A DNA stretch of 64,000 nt from Convolutriloba macropyga (GCF_964194025.1 NC_134474.1:16740001-16804000), one strand, 5' to 3'. Numbered from the stretch's first letter, positions 24,889 to 38,851 are shown. Numbers and translations are program-made. The notes: generated by a model from the letters alone, not told the origin.

Positions 24889-27800
24889 TTCCTTCTGAAA
24901 ATCAAAAAGAAGATTCTTACCGTTTACTTCGTCAATCCATTGTCAATGCAGATAAACACTTCTTCTTTACTTTTTCAATTTCATTAAACAGCTCGAACAG
25001 AGTGAGCAGATATAAATACAAGGCTGATCGGTAATGTGCGATCGCACATAAGGTTCCGACCCCGCTCATCCACAATTTTGGCATAATCGTCTACCAAATG
25101 AGGAACAGATAGAAAAACACAAAAAATTCAAGTATTTTTCAAAAAAAACTGCTGTATGAACGGAAAGATAGCCTCCAAGCAAATAACTCAGTGGAGTAAA
25201 AAATGATGCATTAGATTGATGAGATATGCCGATATTAAGAAAGCGAGCGAAGACGAATGGCAAAATCAAACAACATCCAACATTAATTACATCAAAAAAT
25301 TTTTGTCCGTTTTAAAAAACAAAACTTAATAACAAAGTCAAAATAGCGTCAGATAAAACTGAAAATAAACAAAATACTTGTAATTCACCAGAAAAAATGG
25401 TTATTCACCAGTTCATAATAAAGCTTGGTAAGATTTAGACAAAAAAGAACAGAAACTTTAAAATTAGAAAATTCGCTGTATTTAAAAAAAAACAATTGAT
25501 TTCAAAGTAATGAAAACCATTAGGAATCAATTAAAATATCCCAGAGGTTTACAATTACCAATGCTTCTATAGAAAGGAGTTAAAAACTCTTGGTATTCAA
25601 TTGTTTATGCAGTTACAAAAAGAACAACAAATAGACAACAAACTAAAAATCAATAAAAACTTGCCAGAAAATGCTTTGGAAGCCGTAAAGCCATACTTTG
25701 GCCCCCAAAATATGTTTGATTGCACCTTCGTCGAACACTGATAATGTAGTATGTGACCGCTCATTAATGAAAATAAGCAACAGTTAGACAAATTTTTGTA
25801 ATACTTGTTTTTTTTTTCGAAAAAAAATTTATTTCCAAAACATGAAAGCCATTAATTATAAAATGAACAATTTGAATAGGTTCGTCCATTCTTCCAAAGG
25901 AAGCCCTTGAGACCTGCAATTATCCAGAAGATGTCTTACGTCTACAAAAAGAACGTCAAATATGACAAAAATCAAATATTCATTTACTTTTTTTTGTGAA
26001 AAACCTGTGTTGAAGCCAGTAAAGTCATAACGAATTCTCTTAAAACATTAGATTTTATGACACCAATCCCTTTTGACACCTTCCCTTGAAATGTATTATG
26101 TGAGCTCTTATTAATGAAACTAGGTAACAAATAGACCAAAAAGAAAAAAGCAAGATTATGTAATTCTTATTTTTATCGAAAAAAATTTATTTCCAAAGAC
26201 ATGAAAGCCATTAATTATCAAATGAAAAATTTGAAGAGGTTCGTCCATTCTTCCACAGGAAGCCCTTGAGACCTGCAATTATCCAGAACAAGGACCTGCA
26301 ATTATCCTTACATCTACAAAAAGAACGTCAAATATTACAAAAATCAAAAATTAATTTACTTTTTTTGTGAAAATCTCGAGTCGAAGCCAGTAAAGTCATA
26401 ACAAATTCTTAAAAAACATTAGACTTTGTGACACCAATCCCTTTTGACACCTTCCCTTGACAAACATAATGTCATCTTTAACCTTTGATTAACGAGACCG
26501 GGTAACAGACAATAAAAGGAACAAATTTGCGAAGTTGAAATGTTTTTTTTTTCGTTGTTTTCGAAGTCATGAAAGCCATTATCTATCTTCTAATATCAGA
26601 ATATTGGCTGATCTACTCTTCCAGGAAAAGCCAATCAAACCGGGTCATTGTACAGGAAATTAAATACGACTAAAAAAAAAACAAAGTAAAAACGACAGTT
26701 AAAGACAAAATTAAAAAATTCAATTAAATTCTTCGAGAAAGTATTGTCGAAGCGGTAAAGAACCACAATCTATATCTTTAAGGATTTAAATATTATCAAT
26801 TGTGCGTTATTTTGAACGCCAAACATGTGATATATGAATCTAGTAGTATCAAAGCCAAAACACCATTACTTCAGGCGAAAAACCGCAATAAAGACTAAAA
26901 TTGATTTCAGCAGAAAGAAGGAGCACTCTTCGATTGCTGACACTAAGCTACAAAATGGCCAAATTAAGAGAAAAATGAAGGCAGAGTTCAATAAGCCATT
27001 TTATATAAAAATCAAATATTTTGAAAGTCAAAACGACCAAAAGCTTTCAAGCAATCAACTAGATAAATTAATTTCGATATAATTAGGAAGCCAATAGGAC
27101 CTATCACTAGTGAGCTTTGATCTGAAATGTTCTGTTATTTAATTAATACAAAAAAGATCGATTTTTTTAAATAAAAACCGACTGATGACAATCCGAATTA
27201 TTTTTGGATTGTAACGGTCCAAGACTGGTACAGAACTAGTCCTGCTAATGCTGATTGTCCATTAGGAATGTTTAATTTTTGGAATGTCATTGATATAGAT
27301 ATTTTGTTAGTTAAAAAATCAAAAATAAATGCTGCGTTTTTGATAATCAACGAATAAAGTTAGCGAAAAACGGCAAAGTTTTATTTACAGAGCACTCTCA
27401 ACGGAAGTGGAAGTGGAATGAGCCCCCTTTTCAGTCTGCAAAGATTGTGCAGTGGTGTTTGGTTGTGCACTTCCTGCAAATTTAATCAGAGTGGACTAAA
27501 TAAACTTATTTCGTGCTGTTTGTGATGAAAAAGTCTGAATTTTGTGAAATATTTAGCCGGAATTTGTGACAAAAAAAATTCAATGAAAATAGCCGACAAT
27601 ATATTTTGTCTTTAAACGTAAAATCAACAACATTTTCTTGAAAAATTTTATTAAATTTTATCAAAATTGGCGAAATTTTAGTTAAAAATTCCAAAAAAAT
27701 GTGAATGAAATCAACGGAATTCACTCTATTTTCTCGAAAGTTTAAACCTCGATATCTCCCTGTCAAAAACGAAAACCAAAAAAATCTTTTTAATTCAATA

Positions 27801-28896
27801 TTCTACGCTGGACAAGCTTTCTAATGATACCAGTCTCAACTCTCTACGATGAACATATCGATCGGCCAAAATTGACTGAACAAAAAAAACCCATGAGTAT
27901 ATAGTTCCTCCCCCCCCCCTCAAGATGGGTCGGAACAATAAGTCGTACGTGTCGCTTCCCTTCGCATCCGGAATTACGATACGAAATGAAGAAATATAGC
28001 AGGAGCAAATTTACCAAATAATTTCAAATAAAATTTTTGCATTTATACGCTATTAACCATACTATTTGCTCTAATCTCCAACTATGTACGGCTTTCCCTT
28101 CCTAAGGTTACGAGGAATACAGAAAACATGACCATACTTCGGTGGCAAGATATTGGTAAAGAGCATCAAAGTAATTTTTTACTGAAAACAAAACTACTGT
28201 TTTGCAGTTCCCGCAACTTGATGACTTTCCATTTATTGTGCGCAGTTGATATTTGATAACAGTTTAGGGAACAAAAATTATTAAAAATAATTAAAATTTT
28301 CAAAAAAGATAGTCTCTTAAAAAAATAAATCACTTGGTAAATTAATGGCTTTTCGTATTGGATTAATGAACTACGTTGTCTTTGACTATGATCATCTTTT
28401 GGTGGCAATATACAAAGATAGTGGTAAATAGCATGCAAGTATTTTATGAACATGAATATTGTTTACTGTTCTCACATTTTGATGACATCCCATTTATTTT
28501 GTGCAACTGATTATTAATAACAATTTACGAGAACACAAATATTTTCAATTATTTGACGACGTTTAAAATTTTCAAGTTTTGCTTTCGTAAAAAAGAAATT
28601 TTTAGTTTTACCAAACCAATTGATATTGTTAAAGTTGACCTTGATAAAGCTTGAAATATTTCTATCGAGGTAATCCACTTGTCCAAGTGGTGTTTTTATA
28701 ATGAGTAGATTTAGTCTTTTTAGAAAAACGGGTAAACAGAACAAGAAGGTTTCCAATCATCATTTTTCTAATCAATTTCATAGAAATTAAACCAACTGGT
28801 AATGGAGGTCAGTCACAATAAATATTTCCTAGTCCCATCACTTCCACGTGCACTTAATACACAGTCAAATAGCAGATAGTAGTATGCGATTAAATA

Positions 28897-29841
28897 AAAC
28901 ATACCCGGCAGATTGCCGGAAAATAGCCGCCGTTGATTCTAATAAGCATGATTGGGATTGAAAGAATAGAAGATATTGAAAAAAAATATTTTTGTACAAA
29001 AACATTTTTTAAGTCCGATTTATTTTGATGGCATTTCGTAGTTGAACATAACGTACTTCTGTTTCCTAGAGAGAGGGTACAGGGGCTACTATCAATTCCA
29101 ATAAGCATTAGAGATGGTAACTAAGACTTATAGGAACGACGTTCAAATAGCGGGCATCTAAAATTGGGCTTTATGGGTTTATCCCTTTTCTATTTCTGAC
29201 TTCAATTTTTTATACTGACTCTGTTCATTTTGAATTGCTTTGCTGAGCAACTGATGTTCAAAATCACTTTTAGCAGAATGAGAGAAGAGAGAAACTAGCC
29301 TAGAGAAGTCAAAAAGATATCACGCAAAATGTTGAAAAAGCGGCAAAATGAGGTAAAGCGAAACATTTTTTTATTCGACGAAGTAAAAAAACATAGCAGG
29401 ACAAGTCCTGACGTACAATTCAAAGAATTTTCATTGACTAAACAGAAAACTAGACCTAGAAAGGACTATGAATGGATTGGAAAAACCATTTAGAAAAAAA
29501 TCCGATCTAAAAAATCGAAAAAACAGAAAAAATCAAAGCGAAATTGCCGCATGTGAACAAAAAACCACTAGCGAGAAAGCGAATTTTTGTTCAAACACCG
29601 TTTTCTCACTCTACTTTAAATTCAGAGCGAAAAAATTTCACGCCGCAAAACCACTCGCTTTTTCGCTCCACTTCCTGTTTCGGCGTGACCAAAATCACTA
29701 CTCCAATTTGACTTCAAAAATCATGAAAATGTGTGAACAGATCTTAAAAAAAAGACAGCGCCCCAATACAATTCAAATTCTTTGAATTGTAAAAAAATAG
29801 GAGCGCTATAATAGCCGGCTGAGAAGATGAGGGCGGCTATT
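28897..29841 (-). mobile_element. Non-autonomous Helentron-like element (HINE/DINE-1 architecture), family 1
   Basis: Left end has hairpin CCGGCA-GAT-TGCCGG then subTIR AAATAGCCGCCG. Right end has AATAGCCG...GGCGGCTATT (subTIR plus partial inverted repeat). A-rich flanks, no TSD seen. Confidence 0.75.
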
Positions 29842-30147
29842 AACTAGCAAGGTACCAGTCAAAAAGTCATTCAGAGCCCACAAATTGATCCAAGGGAAAA
29901 AATAATTATCAAAAAACACATCGACGGATAGGACACAATGAAAGCCACAACTTTTCCTAAAACTGTACAAGCAAGGTGTCAATTATTCAGTTTCAAATCA
30001 TATCTAAGTTTGCTTCGTTCCAAATTAAGAAAGACGTCCGAATACGACGATCTCATCATAAAAAAGGATGCTACAATTCTCGAAAAGATCAACTCATATT
30101 GGAGCTTTATTAGATATTCGACTAAAACAAGGAAAACATTCGAACGT

Positions 30148-31142
30148 TCAGCGTCTCCATATTTTCAGAGTTCTGTCTTTGCTACCAGAAGCAACACACT
30201 GGCCATCGGGCGACCAATCAATTGCATACACCTGGTCTGCATGTCCGGGCAAATCCAGCAATAATTTTCCATCTTGCCAACACTTAATAGTCGAATCTTC
30301 ACTAGCTGAAACTATCAATCTGGAATCGGCGGACCATGCTAATTGGTAGACACTTGCCACATGACCTCGCAATGAGTACAAAAATTTTCCATCTCTTCCG
30401 TTCCAAACTTTTATTGATTTATCGAAAGAGGCACTTGATAATAATCGACCATCTGGGCTGAATCTGACGTCATTGATCAAGGCTTGATGACCTGTCATTC
30501 TGTTTATAGACTTCGGAGATTTCAAAGGTTCCCATAGAAACAATGTAAAATCGTCAGAACCTGAAACTAACCGCTCCGGATTTGATTTCGAGAACAAATC
30601 AAATTTAACTTTTGCCTCAGCTTTTAGTTTTTCAGGGTCAACATTATTGAAGGTGGTGGGAAGAATCGACGCGTCTTTAGGTTCAAACGCTCCGATTCTC
30701 ATAACATAATCTGAGTTCAAGGCTAATGTATTAACCCAATGAGCGTGACCTTGGAGAGTTTTTTTGACCTGTCCTGATGTCGGATCCCAAACCTTTATAG
30801 TTCTATCCTGGGATGATGAGTAAACGAATCCTTCACCTGACCACTTCACACATGTTACAGATTGCAGATGACCAGACAACACAAAATCGCATAACATAGT
30901 TTGACTGTTCCATATTCTTAAATCACCATCTTTACTCGAACTGACAAATTTAACGCATTCGCCATTGAGATGTAAAGGTTCCCAAGCTATACATGTTATC
31001 CACTGTTTGTGTCCAGATAGCTTTCTGCCCATTTGTGCACCAGTTGTTGCGTTCCAGATAATGACGTCGCCCCGTTTGCACCCAGAGGCAACTTTGAGGC
31101 CATTGGGCGCCCAGGCTAAGGCCAAAACCCAATCTGAGTGAC
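30148..31142 (-). CDS. NLE1: Notchless homolog 1 (Rsa4), exon 2, WD40 repeats
   Basis: Acceptor TCTTTCAG at 31143. Motifs GHKQWITCIAWEPLH, GHAHWVNTLALNSDY, ERLVSGSDDFTLFLW, RMTGHQALINDVRFSPDGR, DLPGHADQVYAIDWSPDG, ending LKIWRR. Confidence 0.96.
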
Positions 31143-31512
31143 CTGAAAGATTTTGAATGAAAAACTACATTTATTAATAATAGCCGTTTGGGTACACGGC
31201 GGCTTTTAATTACAGACAGAAATGACAGAATTTTTCATAGGTCTATAATACATTACAATCTACCATTGTTAACAATGTTATTTTAACGTATTAACTACGT
31301 GGCCTATAAAACTCGTTGCTGCTATTTTAATATCCCGTATAAAAAACCACACAGTATTACAATAGTTAAAACTTCAGAATCAACAACTTAATTCACAGTC
31401 GTGTCACGAATCAACTTTTTTTATTCCGAGATTTTTTATTCCGTATCAATTATGGCCCGTCAGCTGACGTCACCGATTGACTTATATTATAAGATAAATA
31501 CATTTTAGTTAC

Positions 31513-32002
31513 CTGCGCAAGTATGCTTGGGCGTCTCTGTAGTCAAATCCCAAAACCTCACAGTCGTATCGCCAGACCCCGAAGCAAGCTGCGATCCTGT
31601 GGGCGAAAAAGCAACATGCAAAACAGGCTGCGAATGACCTTCTAATGTTGAAGTACATCTAGCAACAGCTCTAACTCTGAATACTGCTTGTGCGTGGTAC
31701 ACAATATCAACTGCTTTCTCTACATTAATTTTAGTCCAGTCAATTGTTTTCTGTAGAGAGGTTAGAACCTCTTTGTCATCCAGGTAAAACGAGTAGGGAA
31801 CCCGGAACGCATCTCCATCATCCTCTTTCTTCGTATTTTTCAGAATCGAGTACAGGATTTCAGTTAATTGTTGCTTCGTGGTCGAAACTGGAACATCAAA
31901 TGACTGTGGGTTCACTTCACCCGTTTCGTCGAGCAAATTTACGAGAAGTCGCGAGTCTTCGGTTATACCGAGACGCTCCATCGGGTCTAATACACGCTTC
32001 AT
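31513..32002 (-). CDS. NLE1: Notchless homolog 1, exon 1 (NLE ubiquitin-like domain plus first WD40)
   Basis: PYSFY, EKAVDIVYHAQAVFRVRAVARCT, LASGSGDTTVRFWD. Phase-1 donor CAG|GTAACT at 31512 joins to exon 2 as AGHSDWVLAL, giving 494 aa. The start could extend to 32150 via a 64-nt intron. Confidence 0.94.
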
Positions 32003-32390
32003 CTTCAAAAAGTTGAAGCTATCAATCCAGGAATTGTTTTCAATGGCACATTTGCATCTGAAAGAAACATTTAAATGTTAAATTCTTCACATTTCAATTT
32101 CCAGTTTGAATAAGCTTTCACTTAAAGTATTGCATCTGTTCCGAAGTCATATAATGAGGGCAGGAATTATATGCTAGCTTGGCCTTTTGGTTCCGTCATT
32201 GTCAACCCAATAAATATTAATTGAAGAAAGATGTGAGTAGTATCATCCGAAAGCCGTTACGTGAACAGAGTATATACACAAATGGATTTCTGAATTTCGT
32301 TTCTAAGAAAAAAAAATGAATTTTCAAAAATATTGAAGTTTTTCCCCAAAAATTGATCAAACCGTTAACGTTGAAATTCATTAAAGTTCT

Positions 32391-35350
32391 TATAGCATGT
32401 AATATTTAATCACATTGCCTTTTCTCAGGGAGGATTAAAAAATGTTTTTCTCTCGAAATAAAATCAAAAGCTAATTATCTCTGCTGATTTTTTCGCTGGT
32501 TTGAATAAAAAGTTAAAAATCTGGCCAATTAAATGGAAAAGTTTCATAACTATTTTGACCATCAGCTAATGATCAAAAAATATCTACCTCCACATCTTTC
32601 GTCATTTACAAAAAAAGGAGGCTCGCTAATGTGGAATGGCACAATGCGCCGACCTCGCTCATCTAATTTCTTAGCTTAATTCTCTGCCAATTGAAGTTAA
32701 CCCTCCTCCAAAAAATAGATTAAATTTTGTTATTTAATTTTTGATAGATTCGAAAAAAAGAATAGTTGAGAACTCCACTACCCTAGAATGAAAATTTTAA
32801 AAAACGAGACAAGAAAAATGCACTTTTGTTGAGCAGAAAAACGATTTCATCAAGTAACCACCTAATTTTACCAAACGACAACAAATGTGAGCCAGAAATC
32901 AACCTACATCCCGTCTGTAAACTGAACCGCAATTGGTATTGAATTTTCAGTGACATATTTAATGATATCAGCAAACTGAACAACAGGAATGTAGAGGGGT
33001 GAATCAAAATGAATAAAAAACTGCTATAAAATGGTCTTTCATTAAGTAAAAGGAACTAAAAATTAGCATCAGCTTCTAATTTAAATAATGCCTCATCAAA
33101 AGGTTGACCAAATTTGTCACCATTGAGACTAACATAGACATCAACGCAAAAGAACAATTATGGGCAAGACACCTTTTAATCACTTTTATTCACAAATTTG
33201 ATTTTAATTTAAACATTAAAATCAAAGCCAAGAACAAAAACATCGCTGGCAGATTGCCAGAAAATAGCCTTAATAGATTCGTAGACCCGCAGTCTAAAAA
33301 ACAGTAAAAATAACAGACCAAAAAAATTTGTCTTTTCATTGAAGGCTGATCTGTTATATTTTGATTTAAAATCTGTATAAGTTATTGCTGCCTCTATTAG
33401 CTGATCTCAAATAAGCTTCATTTAGAGTGACACACACCCATTTGACCTTAGCTCTTTGAATTAAAAGAAAATAAAAGTCAATTTCAAATTGAGGAAGTCA
33501 TTTTTGAGAGTGAGGTAAGTCAAGTGTGACCAAAAATTTAATCACGCGCATGAACAAAAAAACTCGCTCCACACCACTAAGAGCGACAAATGACGTCACA
33601 CATGCAATTCAGTTGAAATTGCATGAACGAATGAACAAAAAGTGGCTGTGACGTCATATGGTCGTAACAAAAATCATGACGACGAAATAAAAACACATAG
33701 CAGGACAAGTCCTGATGTACAATTCAAAAAATTTTCATTGACTAAACAGAAAAACTAGACCTAGAATGGACTATGAGTGAATAGAGAAAACCATTTTTTA
33801 AAAAATCAGAACAAAAAAATAAATAAAAAGAAAATCAATATCAAAATGCCGCACGTGAACAAAAAAAACCACTAGCGAGAAATGAAAACTTGATTCAAAC
33901 AAAACACTAGGCCTAGAATGAGCTGTGAATTGATTGAGAAAACCATTTAGAAAAAAATCCTATCCAAAAAATCGAAAAAACAGTAAAAATCAGAGTGAAA
34001 TTGCCGCATGTGAACAAAAAAACCACTACCGAGAAACCACTCGCTTTTTCGCTCCATTTCCTGTTTCGGCGTGACCAAAATCACTACTCCAATTTGACTT
34101 CAAAAATCATGAAAATGTGTGAACAGATCTTAAAAAAAAGACAGCGCCCCAATACAATTCAAATTCTTTGAATTGTAAAAAACCAAGAGAAGGCCAATAA
34201 TAGCCCCAGCTATCGCTGTGCGGCTATTATACAATTTATTACAAAACACATGTTCTTCGGAAAGATACAGGTAGGATACCTTGTTAATGAATTTAATTTA
34301 CAGCAACAAAAAAAATAATCAGGGACCGAAATTCTTCAAAAATTCAATAGTTCTCAAATTTTCTGATCGACTCCTCAATTTCTGCAAACCATATAGCATG
34401 TAATATTTAATCAAAGTGCCTTTTCTGTGGCAGGATTTAATTAACAAAACTGCACGTTTTTTCCTCTCGAAATAAAATCAAAAGCTAATTATCTCTCAGC
34501 TGTCCTGTTTTCTAAAAAGTTACAAATTCTGGCCAATTAAATGGAAAATTGTCATAACTATTTTGACCATGAGCTAATGATCAAACACTATCTACCTCCA
34601 CATCTTTCGTCATTCACAAAAAGGCGACTCGCTATTGTGCAATGGCACAATTTGCCGACCTCGCTCATCCACTTTCTTAGCTTGATTTTTACCAAGTGAA
34701 GAGATGGACCTCATTCAAAACAAAATAGATTAAATATTTTTGATAGATTCGCAAAAGAGAACTGACGTAAACTTTATTACACTAGATTGAACACTAAAAC
34801 AAAGGCATTCAAAGAAAAGCAACTTTGTCAAGTAGAAAAACGATTTCAGAAAGTAACCATTATATTTTTACCAAACGACAAAAAGTGAGATCCAGAATCA
34901 ATCTATATCCTGTTTGGAAACTGAATCGCAAATGGTATCAACTTTTCAGTGACATGTTTATTGATATCAGCAAATTGAATAAACCAAAAGTAGAGACTTG
35001 ATTCAAAGTAAACAAAAAAAATTGATAAAAAATATGGTTTTTCATTAAGTAAAAGGAACTAAAAATTAACATCATGGTCCAATTTAAAAAATACCTGATC
35101 AAAGAGTTGATCAGATTTGTCATCACTGAGACTAACAGAGCAATCAACGCAAAAGAACAATTAAGGGCAAGACACATTCTATTCACTTTTACTCACAAAT
35201 TTGATTTTAATTTAAACAAAAATCAAAGTCAAGAGCAAAAACACTTTTTTAAAAACGCATGTTCTTCAGAAAGATGCAGCTAGGATTCCTTGTTATTGAG
35301 GATAATTTCCAACAAAAAACAATAATGAGGGACCAAAAATCTTCAAAAAA
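32391..35350. repeat. Old ~1 kb tandem duplication (32391-34350, interrupted by a HINE, versus 34392-35350)
   Basis: TATAGCATGTAATATTTAATCA at 32391 and 34392. CATGTTCTTC.GAAAGAT at ~34248 and ~35258. Confidence 0.85.
33241..34228 (-). mobile_element. HINE-like family 1 copy
   Basis: CTGGCA-GAT-TGCCAG then AAAATAGCC at left, AATAGCC...CGGCTATT at right. Core with CAGGACAAGTCCTG shared with 28897-29841. Absent from the paralogous segment. Confidence 0.8.
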
Positions 35351-38037
35351 CTAGTATCTTTGGGACAAAACTTAAAAACAAAAATTCAAAACACAGTAGA
35401 TATCAATCATATAACCCATTAACGCATTAGAAAGTTGCAGTTTTAAAGGCTCATAATGTCTGCCGGAATTGCCAAAGCTGCCTGGATCAGAAAAACCAAA
35501 TAGTAAAAAAAACAAAAAACGTCCATAGTGACAATTACGTATTTGCCATAAGCAATCAACTGAAAACAAAAATTAGATTCACTCATTGATCATTATATAT
35601 CACTGAAGAAATTAAAAAGGAGAATAAAGGGCAAAACAAAAAATAAGAAATCAAAGTTCATTTCAAATTACCTGAAGATATAATGTCAGTCATAAAAATC
35701 ATTAGCAATGAATTCAAACAATTAAAAAGTTATTTATGATACTATCGCGATCAGCGGGACTTTTTAACGATTAAAAAACTACAAAAAACAGTAAGTCAAA
35801 ACTGAAAAAATGATCAAATATTTACGAAAACAATTGGTTTCAAAGTAATCGGTAGCCCAAAGTGGTACCTGTGTCAGTTCAATTATTCCTCGCTAGAACT
35901 TCAATGGACCCTGTCAGAATCGAGAATCAGTAACAATATAAACAAAAAACGGGCCAAATTCACATAAGTTTAATGAAAACAGCTCTAAAGTAAAAAAAAT
36001 CATTGTTGCCCACAGAACAATTTAGCCAACAAAATTTATGCATAATTAATGCACGTAAACTGCCCTCTGTATACTTTGCCGCACAGTCACCAGAAAAAAA
36101 AAGCAAAATCAAATGGTCGCAGGTGACAAAAAAATTGCTCTGAAAACGAAAATATCTGTATTCAAATGTGTTTTATTTAGAAAAACCACAATGATAGCCT
36201 GGTTATCAATTTGGTGCTACTAAAACACGGAAATGTTGAAAAAGCACAATTGAGCAAAAATTACCCGAAAATGGCCAAAAAGTGTGAAAATCTGTGCAAA
36301 AGTTTTCAAACATTTTAAACCTCGATGGTTCCTCGAAAAGGAAAATTTTGAAAAACAGTTTGTAATCTGTACTTTCAGCAATTTTACTTTCTATACTTAA
36401 ATTCTATACTTTAATCTATGCTCTAAGCAAGACGGCCTTCCTAGTTATACCACTCAACTGTCTACGATCTTACAACTTTCTATCGGACAAAATTGACTAA
36501 AAAAAGTTGAGCACTCCTCCCCTCCACCACAACTGTCAAGGCAAAATGGAAATCCCAACGTTTATTAAATTACCTAAAAACAGAGCGCCGATTGATTTAA
36601 CTTAAGGAACTTAAATTGAAAAAAAAGAATTTTCACTTCAAAATTATTTATAAAAACAAATTCAACAATGAAACAGTATTAAAATTATTTGAGACTATAT
36701 TCTAAAGCTGTAAGGAAATAATTTTGAATTGAAATGGTTACTCAAAATATTTTTGCGCTAAAAATAGGTTTCAAATTTATTTTTTGATTTTTTTGCAATT
36801 GCAGATAATTTTGTCAAGATTTTTTTGACAAAATAATTGTATTTAACGCTTTCAATTTTTTCGAACTTTATTCCAGAAGATGTCCTGGGGATTCATTGAT
36901 GTAAAATTTTCATCACAGTCAAGTTCATGCAATGAAGTTCAGTGGTTACAAACAAAAGAGTTTCATAATTCTAAGAGTTAATTGAATAACAATTTTCTTA
37001 AGAAAAAGGTAGTATATAAGTCTTAAAACTGATAAGAACTCTTGATCTGAATTTGTATCAATAATTCAAAAACTGGTTTGATAATATAAGATTAATGGCC
37101 AAAACTGGAAGTTTACTGTTCGGAACCAGATCTAAGTAGGTTTAAGAACTAAAAAAAGGCAATTTCTCTTATTGTTCAATCAACCTTTTCGAGATTATTT
37201 TAGACGCAATAGTACAAATCATGTCAACGCTTAAGAAAATTTAATTTCACGTGGCTGTCCAGGAAGGGGTCGCAATAGAAGAAAGACAATTTTTTCAAAA
37301 ACTGAGTTTCAATCGCTTAAATGCTCAAAGTAACGCAAACATGAAGGTCAATGGTTGACCTGTTTAAGAAGTTGCGCTCAAATGTCTATTTTTAACAGAG
37401 GATCTGTCTATTTTTAACAGAGGATCATCCAAATTTCAAAAAAAAACATCTCATGCAATGAGCTTCTTTAATATCTAAAACAAAAACGTGTAATTGGCAT
37501 ATTTTACCGCCCTTCTTCAATTACGACGATAGAAACATTTTCGCATTTGACAACATTTTCAGATCAAAATTTGCGTTCGATAGCGGTCGTAACCTTATAC
37601 AAGGATGCAAATTACTAAACCTCATTGTTTACGAAATCAATTTAAATTTCGATCAAAATTGGACACTATTTAATCACCAATTCAGATAACTTTAGTCATT
37701 AGGCATGACAAGGTACATGACACGGCAACATCGCGCAGCCCAACTATATTTTTGTGTGAATGGAGAATTCGGTGTGAGAAATGTACATGAACGAATGTAC
37801 ATTTCGAGTGTACGTTTTTCTTCGAGAATGAGACTAGTGAGTGTCATTGCAAAGCATCTGAAGTTAAAGGCTATTTACTTTACAGATTCGTAAAAAAAAC
37901 AAAATTCGTCAATAATTCGTTTAAAAATTTTAAAAATGCTCACCCTTTTTTGACCAACGACTTGGTTTTTGAGGTTCTTGGATTATTGCTCACTTTGATT
38001 GAAAACAAACAAGAAGTCGCAAAAAATGTTTTCAATG

Positions 38038-38348
38038 TCACGAAGGCAACGAGCCTTTTAACAACAACCAATTTTTGACAAACGAGGAAATAGTATCAAT
38101 ATTGCTTTGCATATCATCAACTGAATTCGAGTCTAAATGAAGCACAATTTCATGTTTGTACGAACTCTGCGCCTCTTCCAAAATTGTCTGGAAAATTTCA
38201 CTGTCTAAATTCGAAGACAACTTTTTCTCATTATAGCCACGAGATTTCAGCCGGTCGAACAAGATCTCAGTGGAGCAACGAAGCACGACAACTAAGTCAA
38301 ACCAGCGTTCGGGAAAGAATTCACAGCCATGGTAGTCCACAATGTTTC
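38038..38348 (-). CDS. AK6: Adenylate kinase 6 (Fap7/hCINAP), exon 3
   Basis: Acceptor GTTTTAG at 38349. NIVDYHGCEFFPERWFDLVVVLR, RGYNEKKL, EIFQTILEEA; contains the hhhDxH Walker B of the AK6 family. Confidence 0.95.
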
Positions 38349-38851
38349 CTAAAACAACCGCGTGATCACATCAACTGGATGATTAATATCGGCTACATCA
38401 ACCTTAACGTATTCCCTTTCTCAACCAACTCGAACGTTCCATTATGAACTGACATTCAAATTTTCCCAAAACCACCCGCCTTAACCTAACGAAAGCAGAT
38501 GCACTTCAATTACCACAGGTGACCATTAAGGCGGCTTCTTGAATCTTTCAAGGGGTTTGCAGCGCCTGTGAACTTTTTGACGACTAAAGGGGGCTCAACA
38601 GAAAAGAGGAGAAGCAATAGTACGAAAATCGACATACTAAAACCATATCTCTGTACCAGTCTTGACAATGCTTTTTGAGAATTTCGATTTTAGGTTTCTT
38701 AAAAAATCAAATCGTTGTCTTTTTAAAGCATGGTCTAAAGTAGTTAGCAAAATTGCGTTCAATCAATGAACAACAGCAAGCTCACACGGCTGACAACATA
38801 TCTAAACATAATAGCATGTGATTTGAAAGCATTAATTAGCATAATTGTTAC

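Larger units (their letters stand above)
19962..27475. repeat. Tandem segmental duplication of ~3.75 kb (about 19962-23706 and 23707-27475)
   Basis: Colinear near-identity, e.g. paired ORFs 23064/26834, 20540/24313 and 21115/24888, with offset ~3.77 kb. Confidence 0.95.

Noticed and set aside
28514-28770. Exon-like island between NLE1 and COPS7
   Set aside because: It has possible AG and GT ends, but no consistent frame or homology could be established.
29938-32081. Plus-strand ORFs overlapping NLE1
   Set aside because: Antisense shadows of a real CDS.
32215-32290. NPFVYILCSRNGFR resembling a GPCR NPxxY motif
   Set aside because: Only 23 codons with no upstream transmembrane exons; likely chance.
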